Below are positions 63,081 to 64,000 of a DNA stretch of 64,000 bases, in pieces. The notes under the pieces were generated by a model. It was not told the DNA's origin and did not search any database. It worked only from the letters and a program-made list of their open reading frames with translations. The DNA lies in the NCBI GenBank assembly GCA_035221665.1, contig CM069161.1, forward strand, positions 21,266,001 to 21,330,000, written 5' to 3'. How positions within the stretch are numbered: position 1 is the first letter of the stretch; the number at the start of each line of letters is the position of its first letter. The translations under genes were made by a program, and so were the position numbers. Source of the stretch: Okamejei kenojei (Eukaryota).

Positions 63081-63544
63081 CCTTGATTTAGGAATAAATT
63101 TGTTTTCTGGTGCAACAAAAACAGATGAAGGTAATTGAAAGCATAGGAAATGCATTTCAGAGTATAACACATTCTCACTACTTCGTAATGCAATTAGGGC
63201 TAATGACTTGGGGATAAATTTCCAGATAATTCCTCGGTGGGACTAGGTAAGTTTCCATCTGAATATTTATACCATGTCAGAGAAATCGTGGGAATTGTCT
63301 CCATTGCATACAGCACCCAGCTAATTCAATGGTACATGTAGCTCAGTTAAATTCAAGGATACCTGTAACTCAATAACTTAACCCAGATGGCTATGAGCCA
63401 AGGACAGGCAGGTTGGACCAGTGTAGATGGTGCATGTCGGTCGGCATCAGCAAGATGGGCTGAAGGGCCTGTTTCCACACTTTGACTCTATTACTAAATA
63501 TGACACGATACTTACTTATCTTGATTGAATGCTAATAATATCTA

Positions 63545-63683
63545 GGAAAGAACTGCAGATGCTGGTTTAAATCAAAGGTAGTCACAAAATGCTGGAGTAA
63601 CTGAGTGGGATAGGCAGCATCTCTAGAGAGATGGAATGGGTGACGTTTCGGGTCTGAGTTACTCTAGCATTTTGAGTCTACCC
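63545..63683 (-). mobile_element. Penelope-3'-end unit with short inverted segment and TSD
   Basis: The minus unit breaks inside the hammerhead stem II (gacgtttcgggtc) and is followed by the inverted ctgagttactctagcattttgagtctacc. atatctag occurs on both flanks. Confidence 0.8.
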
Positions 63684-64000
63684 AATTATATCTAGTTAGG
63701 ATTTTAAAGAACCCTATTCAGACATGACGCATGCGACAAATACATTTACAAAATCAATGCTTAGGAATTCAATCCAATTCCACATTTTCTTCCCCGGTGC
63801 TAGTAATTGAAAATTATTGATTTTTTCCACAGAGTGAAATGATAATGACCGTTTCTAGGTTGTTTCTTGTGCCATTTCCTGGTGTGAATCACACACGTAC
63901 CTCAAAGCGATTAACATGTCAGAAGTCCACGAGATTACATTATTCTCGATGCAATAGTAGTCTTGGAGTACAGTAAGATAACCTATACATACTAGCTCAG

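Noticed and set aside
2219-63683. CRISPR-like or prokaryotic system from the recurring short palindromic repeat
   Set aside because: The repeats are dispersed kilobases apart on both strands in eukaryotic introns, with no spacer array or cas genes. They are explained as Penelope termini.
63901-63982. Possible 82-nt minus-strand upstream exon (tag...ATG TTA ATC GCT TTG AG|gtacgt)
   Set aside because: Weak polypyrimidine tract, no similarity to class IIa HDAC N-termini, and its phase does not fit the expected next exon. It could be a UTR exon but cannot be supported.

Overview
AT-rich vertebrate genomic DNA. The repeat content (elasmobranch HE1/V-SINE-like tRNA SINEs, CR1, Rex1/Babar, Penelope) points to a cartilaginous fish, probably a skate or ray; this is inference. 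The window holds the N-terminal, regulatory half of a class IIa histone deacetylase gene, best matching HDAC5, on the minus strand. Ten exons are traceable between about 33110 and 7466. Five are clean. Five (about 32897-33113, 31339-31473, 29570-29689, 27100-27213, 19199-19317) are recognisable but broken by many 1-nt deletions and lie in stretches that look like unpolished long-read consensus, mostly next to a 500-N gap (39786-40285). The deacetylase-domain exons and the first coding exons were not found. The introns contain a full-length defective Passport-like Tc1 transposon, a partial-tandem Penelope-like retroelement (RT + GIY-YIG), CR1 and Rex1/Babar fragments, SINEs and two MITEs. The most striking non-coding signal is a family of more than a dozen dispersed 90-250 bp Penelope 3'-end derivatives. 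They carry a minimal hammerhead-ribozyme core (CTGA[A/T]GA-A-GGGTCTCGACCC-GAAAC-GTC), several have their own target-site duplications, and several inserted as inverted (hairpin) pairs.
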